From positions 1 to 16,252 of the forward strand of contig JBDLKA010000083.1 of assembly GCA_039714075.1 (NCBI GenBank): a stretch of 16,252 nt of DNA, in the 5' to 3' direction. The position numbers and the translations under genes were made by a program. Each line of letters begins with the position of its first letter. Positions within the stretch are counted from its first letter, which is position 1. The notes beneath the pieces were generated by a model. The model did no database searches. It was not told the origin of the DNA and saw only the letters and a program-made list of their open reading frames with translations. Of this stretch, positions 7,444 to 15,817 are shown piece after piece. The DNA is from Candidatus Krumholzibacteriota bacterium. Its GTDB lineage: Bacteria > Krumholzibacteriota > Krumholzibacteriia > LZORAL124-64-63.

Positions 7444-8166
7444 ATGTCGAAACCAAGGCTCTGCTTTATCCTTCCCGGTGTCCTTTTCATTCTGATGTTT
7501 CACGGTTTCCCGGACGGCGGCGGCCGGCTGCTGGCCCAGGAGGACTCCAATCTCGAAGTGGGCGGATCCCTTCCCTTGACCGAGGGGGAATCCGGTTGGT
7601 TCCCGGAACTGAATGTCCTGGACGCGCGGTTGGCTCTGTCCGCCCAGTACAACCACTTCACCGGCGAAGACATGCGTGATACCTATGGCGGGCTGCCGAT
7701 GATCGCCGCGGCCTTTTCTTTTCGGGCCTCCCGGTATTCGCGGGTCTTCGTTTCGGTCGGCTACGGCAAACAAACCGGAGACCCCTATTACAACACTCCC
7801 GGTATCAACGCCGAGGACCACATCAAGGTGCGTTACCTCCCCGTCCAGTGGGGCATGAAGGCCGATCTTGCCCGGAGCACCCGGATTCATGTCTACATCG
7901 GCGCCGCGGTGGAACTCGCCTGGATGGAAGAAACCATTCCCCTGCTCGGCAACGAGGGAACCGTGGCGGAAACGTCCTCGACCGGTATCAACGGCGGCTA
8001 CAACCTGACCTTCGGACCCGAATTCGTATTGGGACAGGGTGGCCGGGCCGTGGGCCTGGAAATCGGCTGGGGCGGGTCCAAGGGCAGCGTCACGACTCGA
8101 GGCCATTCTCACCAAATCGACATGACCGGATTCCGGGGGCGGTTGTATCTCGCCCTCGCGCTTTGA
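7444..8166 (+). CDS. Outer-membrane beta-barrel protein (small, OmpA/porin-like 8-strand type)
   Basis: Hydrophobic N-terminal signal. Alternating strands such as RVFVSVGY, IHVYIGAAVEL, GYNLTFGPEF and VGLEIGW, with final strand GFRGRLYLALAL. GGGGG RBS-like stretch. Confidence 0.65.
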   Translation: MSKPRLCFILPGVLFILMFHGFPDGGGRLLAQEDSNLEVGGSLPLTEGESGWFPELNVLDARLALSAQYNHFTGEDMRDTYGGLPMIAAAFSFRASRYSRVFVSVGYGKQTGDPYYNTPGINAEDHIKVRYLPVQWGMKADLARSTRIHVYIGAAVELAWMEETIPLLGNEGTVAETSSTGINGGYNLTFGPEFVLGQGGRAVGLEIGWGGSKGSVTTRGHSHQIDMTGFRGRLYLALAL

Positions 8167-8178
8167 GGAGGATGCACC

Positions 8179-9222
8179 ATGCGAAACTCGATTTATTCCC
8201 TGCTGACAGTCCTGGCCGTCCTGGCCGCCCTGGTGCTGATCCCCCCCCCGATGGTTTACGCCGACGGCGGGTTCTTATTCCCCCAGGATGCGTTCATGTA
8301 CGAACCGGTGCAGCGGGCGCTCATCGACTACGACAGTGAGAACCACACGGAGCACCTCAGCATCCAACCCGGGTTCAGGGGTGACGCCAGGGCTTTTGCC
8401 TGGATTGTCCCGGTGCCCAATCTGCCTGAATTGACCTTGGCCGACAAACAGCTCTTTTGGGATCTCGACGCCCTGACCCGGCCGGTCCACCGCTCCCGGG
8501 ACGGTGACTGGGACTGTTGGGGAAACCGGGGAATCTACAGCCCCGATTACGCGGATGGTGGATTCGAAATCCACTCCTCCCAGCTGGTGGGTTACTACCA
8601 GACCCTGGTGCTGTCGGCCACCGAGGCGCCGGAACTGCTGGAATTCCTGACGACGCTGGGATTCCTGCACGAGGACAACCTGGAATCCGCCACCACGATC
8701 ATCAACGACTATGTGGAGCGGTCGTGGTACTTCGTCGCCATGCAGGTGGACAGCACGGCCCTGGCGGAAATCAACCCGGGCGGCTACTACGGCTACTATT
8801 CCGGAAATTTGGATCCCATCAGGCTGGCCTTTGCTTCGGACGAAATCATCTATCCCATGAAAATCTCGGCCATGAGCGCCGCCGATGTATCGACGGTCCA
8901 CCTTTACGTGAAGACGGACCACCGCATGACCTTTTCCGGCGCGAGCACCCACTACGCCAACCGCTTTTCTGCCGGAGAGCTCAATGAGCTTTCCCGGTTC
9001 ACGAGCTTGCGTTCGATTTTTCAACCGGGGGATTTCCTGACCAAACTGCAGCGCGGTTATCTTCCCGAGCAGATGGTTGAAGACATCATCCTGGCGCAGG
9101 CCGCCACCGATGACGAATTCCACCTGATCATTTACGGCGGCTTTCCCTGGACCGGAATCCTGTTGATTTCAATGCCGGTCGCCGTGGCTCTCAAGAGGCG
9201 GTTTTGGATCAGAAGGGAGTAG
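8179..9222 (+). CDS. DUF2330 domain protein with signal peptide and C-terminal TM anchor
   Basis: YADGG after the signal peptide, QRALIDYD...EHLSIQPGFRG, FAWIVPVPNLP, LFWDLDALTRP, YVERSWYFVAM, LDPIRLAFASDEIIYPMKIS. C-terminal TM followed by KRR. GAGGAGG RBS in the 12-bp gap after the barrel gene. Confidence 0.8.
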   Translation: MRNSIYSLLTVLAVLAALVLIPPPMVYADGGFLFPQDAFMYEPVQRALIDYDSENHTEHLSIQPGFRGDARAFAWIVPVPNLPELTLADKQLFWDLDALTRPVHRSRDGDWDCWGNRGIYSPDYADGGFEIHSSQLVGYYQTLVLSATEAPELLEFLTTLGFLHEDNLESATTIINDYVERSWYFVAMQVDSTALAEINPGGYYGYYSGNLDPIRLAFASDEIIYPMKISAMSAADVSTVHLYVKTDHRMTFSGASTHYANRFSAGELNELSRFTSLRSIFQPGDFLTKLQRGYLPEQMVEDIILAQAATDDEFHLIIYGGFPWTGILLISMPVAVALKRRFWIRRE

Positions 9223-9320
9223 GCCGGTTTCCGGCGGGAGGGTATGGCCGAACCCGCCAAGTCTTCATATGCTGAATTTTGGGGGTCGTCGGTAGGTGTT
9301 ATCTGGCGAAGGGATTGATA

Positions 9321-10616
9321 ATGGACCGACGCCCCCCGTCCCCGAAATTATTCAGCGCCGTCCCGGCTCCGCCGGTGATGCTGCTGCCCCTGCTGCTGAT
9401 AGTCTTCCTGCTGGCCGGTTGCAGCGACGACGACGCCGTCGTCGAGGTGATTCCTCCGGCCGGCCCCGCCCCCGTTCTCGCTGCCGAGCCCGAATTCTCC
9501 CCGGGGCTTTCGAACACCGTTTCCTGGTCCCTGCCCGAGGGTGAGAAAGCCGGTGACCTGGAGTTTCTCGTCCAGCGGTCCGGCGATCCCCTGTTCGACG
9601 CGGAGGTGGTGGAAAGCGGTTGGATTGCCGAGTCGTCCTTCGAGTTCACCGGCCTGGAACACGCCTCGACCCATCATTTCCGGGTCCGCGGCCGCAATCC
9701 GCAGGGAGCCAAAACCGAATGGTCGTCCAGCCAGGCATCCACCCAGGACGCGGTTCCTCCGGTCGCCGCACTGACGGAGATGAAAGCGGAACAGACCAGC
9801 CTTTTGTTCACCTTCGAGCTGTCCGCGACCGACCAGGATAGCGGGGTCGAGGAAATCGAGCTCTGGTTCGGACTGGAAGGCGCCGAAGCCGAGCTTTACG
9901 GGGTATTCCCTCCCGGCCAGGTTTCCTTTCAGGCGACCGGGGGGGGAATCCACGAGTTCATTCCCCTGGCCGTTGACGTGGCCGGCAACCGGCAGGACTT
10001 GGCCGCCGCCACCGTCCAGGAGACGATTGTGCCCGAGCCCATCATCATCACCGACAGGCGCGGGGAAGACTTCGACATCACCGCGGCGGTGCTGGAATAC
10101 CGCATGGGCGAAACCTTCTGGGAGTTCGGGCTGGGCCGCTACACGATCCGGCCCATCATCGACCCCCTGATGGTCGGTCCAGGCCATCACGCATACCCGG
10201 ACGAAAACGCCATCACCCCGATCCTGGGCGTCAAGTACGATGACGATATTCGCGCCTACAAGATCGGCGACATGATGAACAGGGAGGTGGTCGACGACGT
10301 CGTCAACGGCATTCCCATTGCCGTCTGCTACTGACCTCTCTGCGATTCGGTTGTGGTCTACAACCGCGTACTCGACGGAGAAACCCTGACGATCGCCGCC
10401 AGCGGCTGGACCTGGCATCAGATCTTCGTGCTGCAGGATTATGAAACGGGAAGCCTGTGGTTCCCCGGCCTGTCCTTTCCCGGAGGCACGGATTTCCTGC
10501 TCTGCGTCGCGGGTCCCCACCAGGGTCGAAAACTGTGGGCCAGGGACTCGGCCCGCGTCACCTGGAAAGGCTGGCATTCGTTCTACCCTAATTCCCTCAT
10601 CATGCACACGAAGTAG
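9321..10616 (+). CDS. Lipoprotein with FN3 + Ig-like stalk and C-terminal DUF3179 domain; predicted selenoprotein (TGA 10332-10334 = Sec)
   Basis: ORFs 9279..10334 and 10353..10616 share a frame and read ...REVVDDVVNGIPIAVCY-(TGA)-PLCDSVVVYNRVLDGETLTIAASGW...FVLQDYETGSLW, matching the DUF3179 pattern YCPLC..A..YDR....L.F.vSG....LVM.D.ET.SLW. A SECIS hairpin follows the TGA. Lipobox LAGC (Cys 9420-9422). Alternative start ATG 9378. Confidence 0.85.
10341..10370 (+). promoter_or_regulatory. Bacterial SECIS element
   Basis: UGCG(AUU)CGGUUGU-GGUCU-ACAACCG-CGUA hairpin. The G-starting apical loop begins 21 nt after the UGA. It closely resembles the E. coli fdhF SECIS core GGUUGCAGGUCUGCACC. Confidence 0.8.
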
Positions 10617-10622
10617 CCCGCC

Positions 10623-10655
10623 GCCGCCGGGCCCTCGCGCCCGGCGGCTCTTTTT
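10623..10655 (+). terminator. Intrinsic terminator after the DUF3179 selenoprotein gene
   Basis: GCCGCCGGGC-CCTCGC-GCCCGGCGGC 10-bp stem followed by TCTTTTT, just after TAG at 10614-10616. Confidence 0.82.
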
Positions 10656-10675
10656 ACCCTAACCCGTTTTATACG

Positions 10676-10704
10676 TTGCGGTTGGGGTTTTTCTGTGATA
10701 TCCT
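10676..10704 (+). promoter_or_regulatory. Putative sigma70-type promoter of the kinase gene
   Basis: TTGCGG-17 bp-TATCCT with an extended TG, located just downstream of the terminator. Confidence 0.5.
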
Positions 10705-10787
10705 GATCAACGAGGGAGCCAAGTTTCGCCCGAAACCGATGGTCACGTATATCCACGGAACTGCTGATGATTGGGACCGGGGGCCTC

Positions 10788-13379
10788 ATGCAGGAACGGA
10801 TGGTATCCCACTACAAGATTCTCGAATGCCTGGGTGGCGGGGCCATGGGCCAGGTATTCAAGGCCGAAGACACCCTCCTGCACCGACCCGTCGCGCTGAA
10901 ATTCCTGCCCGCCGAGCTGACCGAAGACGAGGAGGCCTCCCGGCGCTTCATGCGCGAGGCCCGGGCCACATCCTCACTGGACCATCCCAACATCTGCGCC
11001 ATCCACGAAATTGCCCAGGCCGACGACGGCTCCTGGTACATCGCCATGGCCTGGTACGAGGGCCGGAACCTGAAAAAGGTGTTGAGCCGGGGCGCCCTCC
11101 CTCCCGAGCAGGCCCTGAGTTACGCCCGGCAGACGGCTCTCGGTCTGGGCGATGCCCATGACCATGGCGTGATCCACCGCGACATCAAACCGGCCAACCT
11201 CATCGTCACCGACCGGGACGACGTGAAGATCCTCGATTTCGGGCTGGCCCGGCTTCTGGGCAAGGCCCGCCTGACCAGGACCGGCACGGTGATGGGTACG
11301 GCGGCCTACATGTCCCCCGAACAGGCGCGCGGCGAGGACGTGGGCACCAGTTCGGACATCTGGTCCCTGGGGGTCGTGCTCTACGAAATGCTTTCGGGGC
11401 AGGTGCCGTTCGACGGCGACAGCGATGTGGCCATGATCTATTCGGTGCTGCACTCGGACCCGGCTCCCCTACCCCAGCCGGTGTGCCGGAACAGCAAGAT
11501 CTGCACGGACATCATCCATAACTGCCTGGCCCGCGATCCGGGGGACCGCTACCCTTCGGCCCATGTCCTGGCCGACGACATCGAGTCGGCCATGGAGGGT
11601 TCCAAGACGTCGTTCGGCAGCAAGCCTTCGGGCTCCTCCATTTTCGCCCCTCCCGGCCGGCCCCGCTGGCACCGGTTACTGCCCGCCCTTGTCGCCCTGG
11701 TGCTGTTGTTGGCCCTGGCCTTCCCGCAATCGCGCAGCTTCCTGCGCTCGATCGTTCCTTTCGCCTCCGGGCCGCGACCGGTCGGCGTGGCCGTGATTCC
11801 CTTCCACCTTACCGGGGATGTGGACGACGCCACGGCCTTCGGCCTGGGATTGAGCAACACGATCAACGACCGGCTGGCCGGACTGGAACAGCATTCCGGC
11901 CGGTTCTGGGTCGTGCCCGCGGGGGAAGTCAAGCGACGACAGGTCGTGGATGACGACAGGGCGCAGACGGTTCTGGGAGTCCAGCAGATCATCACCGGCA
12001 CGGGGAATCTGAGCGGCAAAACCATCAACCTGACCTTGACCGTTCACGACACCCGGGACAATTCCTACCAATCCAAGGTATTCCGGGATTTCTCCGGCAA
12101 CCTGAAAATCTGGCAAAGCGACCTGCTGTCCTGGCTGGCGGGAATCATCGATCCTGAACTGGAAGCGGTTCCGGACAGGTTTACCGGCGCCCAGAACACA
12201 ACCATTCCTTCTGCGTTTCTTGCTTATCAGCGCGGATTCGGCCATCTGGCGGAAGCTTCCGCCGGCCCCGACGACGAGCACACCGTAGCCGCCCTGCCGT
12301 ATCTGGAGCGGGCCGTGGCCAACGACTCTTCCTTTTCCTGCGCCTGGACCCAGCTGGGCCGGGCGGTTTTCTTCAGGTATGGACCCGCCGATTCGGTCAG
12401 GGTTTCCGAGGCCGAGGCCTACCTGGCCACCGCCGTCCGGCTGGACAGCACCGCCGTGTGGCCCCACCACTACCTGGGCACTCTCCGGGCCCGGCTCGGC
12501 GATACCGACGCCGCCCTGGGTGAATACCGCCGGGCCCTGGCCCTGGATCCCCGGCACGCGCCGACCCTGAACAGCCTGGCCAATATGTATTACTGGAACG
12601 GGGAAGAAAAACGCGCCGAAGCCGCCTTTGATCGGGCCATTGACGCCCGCCCATATTATCCGCGGGCCCACAGGAATGCCGGAGCGTTTCACTACCAACG
12701 GGAGGACATGGAAAAAGCACGGGAGAATTTCCAAGCCATGGTCGAATTGGTCCCGGACGACGAACTAGGCTATCGAATGCTGGGGATCATCTACTACGGA
12801 GAGGATGATTACGAGAACGCGGAAACCATGTTCAAGCGTTCCCTGGCCCTCAAGGAAACCAATGGAACCTACGCGAACCTGGGCACACTTTATTATTATG
12901 ACCAGCGGTACACCGACAGCATCGTCATGTCCCAAAAAGCCCTGGAACTGGGGCCCGACGACTTTGATACCTGGCGCACCCTGGCCGCCGCCTACTATTT
13001 CGCCCCCGGTTTCGAGGATTCGGTGCGTCCGGCCTATGAAAAAGCCATGGAACTGCTCCGGGTCGAAATGGCCCTGTATCCTGAGAACCCCGGTTTTAAA
13101 GCGGATCAAGCGTCTTTCTACCATAAGCTGGGAGAACCCGAGACCGCCCTGGCGATCCTGTCCGATCTGGAAACCAATCATTCCGACCTGGATCCCTGGA
13201 TCATGTTCAGCATGGCTTCCACCTATGAAGAGCTCGGCGACCGCGACCGGGCCCTGGACTGGCTGGAGAATGCCCTGGAAAGGGAACTTTCATTCAAGAG
13301 GGTGGAACGCTATCCGGTTCTGAAAAACCTGCAGTCGCATCCGCGGTATATCGCTTTGCGAAAAAAGTATGAGCAGTAG
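10788..13379 (+). CDS. Hanks-type Ser/Thr protein kinase with TM helix, TolB_N-like domain and TPR repeats
   Basis: LGGGAMGQV, VALKFL, HRDIKPAN, DFGLA, GTAAYMSPEQ and SDIWSLG. TM LLPALVALVLLLALAF, then VAVIPF, then multiple TPRs. Start ATG 10788 (10767 also possible). Confidence 0.95.
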   Translation: MQERMVSHYKILECLGGGAMGQVFKAEDTLLHRPVALKFLPAELTEDEEASRRFMREARATSSLDHPNICAIHEIAQADDGSWYIAMAWYEGRNLKKVLSRGALPPEQALSYARQTALGLGDAHDHGVIHRDIKPANLIVTDRDDVKILDFGLARLLGKARLTRTGTVMGTAAYMSPEQARGEDVGTSSDIWSLGVVLYEMLSGQVPFDGDSDVAMIYSVLHSDPAPLPQPVCRNSKICTDIIHNCLARDPGDRYPSAHVLADDIESAMEGSKTSFGSKPSGSSIFAPPGRPRWHRLLPALVALVLLLALAFPQSRSFLRSIVPFASGPRPVGVAVIPFHLTGDVDDATAFGLGLSNTINDRLAGLEQHSGRFWVVPAGEVKRRQVVDDDRAQTVLGVQQIITGTGNLSGKTINLTLTVHDTRDNSYQSKVFRDFSGNLKIWQSDLLSWLAGIIDPELEAVPDRFTGAQNTTIPSAFLAYQRGFGHLAEASAGPDDEHTVAALPYLERAVANDSSFSCAWTQLGRAVFFRYGPADSVRVSEAEAYLATAVRLDSTAVWPHHYLGTLRARLGDTDAALGEYRRALALDPRHAPTLNSLANMYYWNGEEKRAEAAFDRAIDARPYYPRAHRNAGAFHYQREDMEKARENFQAMVELVPDDELGYRMLGIIYYGEDDYENAETMFKRSLALKETNGTYANLGTLYYYDQRYTDSIVMSQKALELGPDDFDTWRTLAAAYYFAPGFEDSVRPAYEKAMELLRVEMALYPENPGFKADQASFYHKLGEPETALAILSDLETNHSDLDPWIMFSMASTYEELGDRDRALDWLENALERELSFKRVERYPVLKNLQSHPRYIALRKKYEQ

Positions 13380-13425
13380 GCGGCTCGCTGCGGCGGGTCA
13401 TTAATTGAAGAGAGGGAGGAATGAT

Positions 13426-13881
13426 ATGAGTCCGAAAAAGATCAGACCCTACTACAAAGAGAACAACCAATCCTCAGATCCGAAAAAAGTTTACAAGGTC
13501 GATGTTTCCCCCCAGCAAGTGGAAGCTGGTGAAACCGTCGAAATCCTGATCAACTGCGAAAAGGGATTCTCTGTCTACATTCCCTATGAGGGGGTGTTCA
13601 ACGCCCAGGTCTTCGAGGCGGAGAAAAACCCGCTCTGGGCTGTGGACGAGGACGAGAAAAAGACGAAGGCCGAACTGCAGGCCGCTTCCGGAAGTGGCGA
13701 TAGCGATGCCGAAGGCGCCACCCTCGAAGCGTCCAAGGAGACGTTGTGGGGGGTCCGCATGACCCGAATCGCCAAAGAGAACGAGTCCCCCGTGGATGAA
13801 ATGCCGTATTGCATCCACAGCAAGGATCTCAACAACTTCGCCGTGGCGAATTCCCCTCCGGTGATGGGTTTGAAACCCTGA
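13426..13881 (+). CDS. Hypothetical protein (151 aa) downstream of the kinase
   Basis: Strong GGGAGGA RBS before ATG 13426, protein-like composition, and a terminator follows. Confidence 0.75.
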   Translation: MSPKKIRPYYKENNQSSDPKKVYKVDVSPQQVEAGETVEILINCEKGFSVYIPYEGVFNAQVFEAEKNPLWAVDEDEKKTKAELQAASGSGDSDAEGATLEASKETLWGVRMTRIAKENESPVDEMPYCIHSKDLNNFAVANSPPVMGLKP

Positions 13882-13898
13882 TCAAGGCCTGGACAGAC

Positions 13899-13936
13899 CA
13901 ACGCCCCCGCGCCTGACGGCTTCGGGGGCGTTGTTT
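13899..13936 (+). terminator. Terminator hairpin between convergent genes
   Basis: CAACGCCCCCG...GCC-TGAC-GGC...CGGGGGCGTTG followed by TTT. May act in both directions. Confidence 0.7.
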
Positions 13937-13955
13937 CCTGCGGCGGCTTGGAGCG

Positions 13956-15743
13956 TTATTCCACCAGGGTGATCGAACGCGTCCGGACGACTGTCTCGCC
14001 ACCCATCCGCACCATCATCCGCACCTGATAGACACCCGAGGCTACCTGGCGGCCGGCACGGTCGGTGCCGTCCCACATGGCGTTGAAGGGGCCGGTCTCG
14101 AAATGACCGGAAACCAACCCGCGCACCAGGTGCCCGCGCGCGTCGTAGATGTTCAGCTCCACGGCGCCGGGCCGGTCCAGTTCGAACCTGATTTCGGTGG
14201 ACGGATTGAAAGGATTCGGAATGTTGGGCATGAGCCGGGCGTCGCCGGCCGTCGGCGTCTGCGGTACCGGCGACAGCGGGTTGAACACCGTGAAGTCGGC
14301 CACCCTGGGAGCATGATCGCTGGCGTCGGTGGTATCGTATTGCTGGAGTCCGTGGGCGGCCAGATTCGCCGGGGTCATGGTCCGGGTTTCCAGAACGTAG
14401 TGGTTGTGCAGATCGAGCACGCTGTCGGTGTACATGACATAGTCCAGCACTCCGGGGTAGTAGGTGCTGAAATCGTTGCGCCAGGTGTAGCCGGCCCGGA
14501 AGTCGGGCTGCCGGGACAGAGGATTGATAAAGTTGGAGCCGTCCCAGTCCGGCGCCGCGTCGGCCCCGTAGGTTCCCTCGTCCTGGATGTCACCGGTGAT
14601 GATGGTGTCCAACTGCTGCCGCCAGCCGACGAGATTCAGATCGCCGCACAGGACAAAAGGCGTGCCTTCGGGCACCGTGACCACGCCGCCTGCGGTTTTG
14701 GCGTCGCGCAGGAAGCCGATCACCGAGTCGGCTTCGTTCTGCCGGTCCTGGTCGGCGGTGCAGCAGCGCCAGTGGTTGGCGATCAGCAGCAGGTCCTTGT
14801 CCGAGACCGCGCCCAGGTCGAGCAGGGCCGCGGTCACCCGGTAGCCCGGATTCACTTCCCAGCTCTGTAGGATGGGATAGCGGCTGACGATGACGTTGCC
14901 CGCGTCACGCATGACCGCGTACCAGTCTTCGCCGGCCCCGCTGGGAAGATGCTGCTCGATCATGTCGCGCACTTCGGTCGCGTTGTGGTACCACACTTCG
15001 TTCACCACGACCACGTCGGGGTCCATGGCGTCGAGCATCCGGTTCTGGGCCGACTCCGCCGAGCCGCCATCGAACAGGCCGTCGCTTTGCACGTTCCAGG
15101 TGGCGATGCGGATGTGGGCGGGATCATCGCGCGTCAGCGCCAGACCGGGTGTGGCGATGGAACCGGCCGTGAAGGTGTAGGCGATGCTGCCCGAGTTCGG
15201 CGCCACGTCGCCCGAGTCGGTATCATAAAAAATGAACCTGATGTCGCCGCCGTTGAAAAGGGCCTGCCCTCCGGCCGGAATCGCGTCCCGGCGAAAAGCC
15301 ACCTCGAATTCCGTGTTGCTGACGGTGGGTCCAATCATCAACCCGACATCGGCGTGCTCCACCGTGTAGGTGCTCCCGGGCTTGAAGGTGCCCTCGCGCC
15401 AGCCGAATTCCCACATCAGCTCGGCGCCGATCCCATTGAAGGACGTCCCCGTACCGGCGTTCATGTCGGTGTCGATATAGAGCCGCATGTTCTGCTGCTC
15501 GTCCGGCTGGACATTGCCTTCGGTTTCGAACCGGATGTAGAGATAGTCCTGGTCGTTGGCCACCCAGATCCGGCCGAAATCCACGGTTCCCGAATCGTCG
15601 TTCGAGTCGTCGTGGACAGCGGTCAGGCCCGCCCAGTCGTCAAAATTGCCATCCAGGTGGATGGGTTCCAGATTGGCCAGGGCAAACCCGGGCACCAGCA
15701 GGCAGAACAAGGCACAGGCGATAATTCGGGAGGAGATGGACAC
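13956..15743 (-). CDS. Secreted endonuclease/exonuclease/phosphatase (EEP) protein with N-terminal DOMON/CBM9-like domain and C-terminal FlgD-Ig/secretion-signal-like domain
   Basis: Signal peptide; LDGNFDDW...WVANDQDYLYIRF...LYIDTD; EEP motifs ATWNV, DVVVVNE, GDLN, LDY and SDH; C-terminal PNPFNPSTEIRF...IYDARG...WDGTDRAGRQVASGVY. GTG start. Confidence 0.85.
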   Translation of the reverse strand: MSISSRIIACALFCLLVPGFALANLEPIHLDGNFDDWAGLTAVHDDSNDDSGTVDFGRIWVANDQDYLYIRFETEGNVQPDEQQNMRLYIDTDMNAGTGTSFNGIGAELMWEFGWREGTFKPGSTYTVEHADVGLMIGPTVSNTEFEVAFRRDAIPAGGQALFNGGDIRFIFYDTDSGDVAPNSGSIAYTFTAGSIATPGLALTRDDPAHIRIATWNVQSDGLFDGGSAESAQNRMLDAMDPDVVVVNEVWYHNATEVRDMIEQHLPSGAGEDWYAVMRDAGNVIVSRYPILQSWEVNPGYRVTAALLDLGAVSDKDLLLIANHWRCCTADQDRQNEADSVIGFLRDAKTAGGVVTVPEGTPFVLCGDLNLVGWRQQLDTIITGDIQDEGTYGADAAPDWDGSNFINPLSRQPDFRAGYTWRNDFSTYYPGVLDYVMYTDSVLDLHNHYVLETRTMTPANLAAHGLQQYDTTDASDHAPRVADFTVFNPLSPVPQTPTAGDARLMPNIPNPFNPSTEIRFELDRPGAVELNIYDARGHLVRGLVSGHFETGPFNAMWDGTDRAGRQVASGVYQVRMMVRMGGETVVRTRSITLVE

Positions 15744-15788
15744 GGGCGAGCCTTTCCGGATGAGTAAACGGGCGATAACCGGTGAACT

Positions 15789-15817
15789 ATTATATCATTT
15801 TACGTTCGAGAATTCAA
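15789..15817 (-). promoter_or_regulatory. Sigma70-type promoter of the EEP gene
   Basis: Minus strand TTGAAT-17 bp-TATAAT with extended TG. Overlaps the 3' end and stop codon of the HNH ORF. Confidence 0.7.

Noticed and set aside
10332..10334. Genome-wide TGA reassignment (code 4 or 25) as the explanation for the read-through
   Set aside because: HDOD, ilvE, the exonuclease, the barrel (8166) and the 13881 gene all end in TGA at sensible C-termini, and Trp is encoded by TGG. The recoding is therefore site-specific.
9348..10607. 419-aa antisense ORF
   Set aside because: It is a codon-register mirror of the selenoprotein gene, a common shadow in GC-rich DNA, with no recognisable motifs.
10353..10616. 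Independent 87-aa ORF
   Set aside because: It has no RBS and is the in-frame C-terminal half of the DUF3179 domain.
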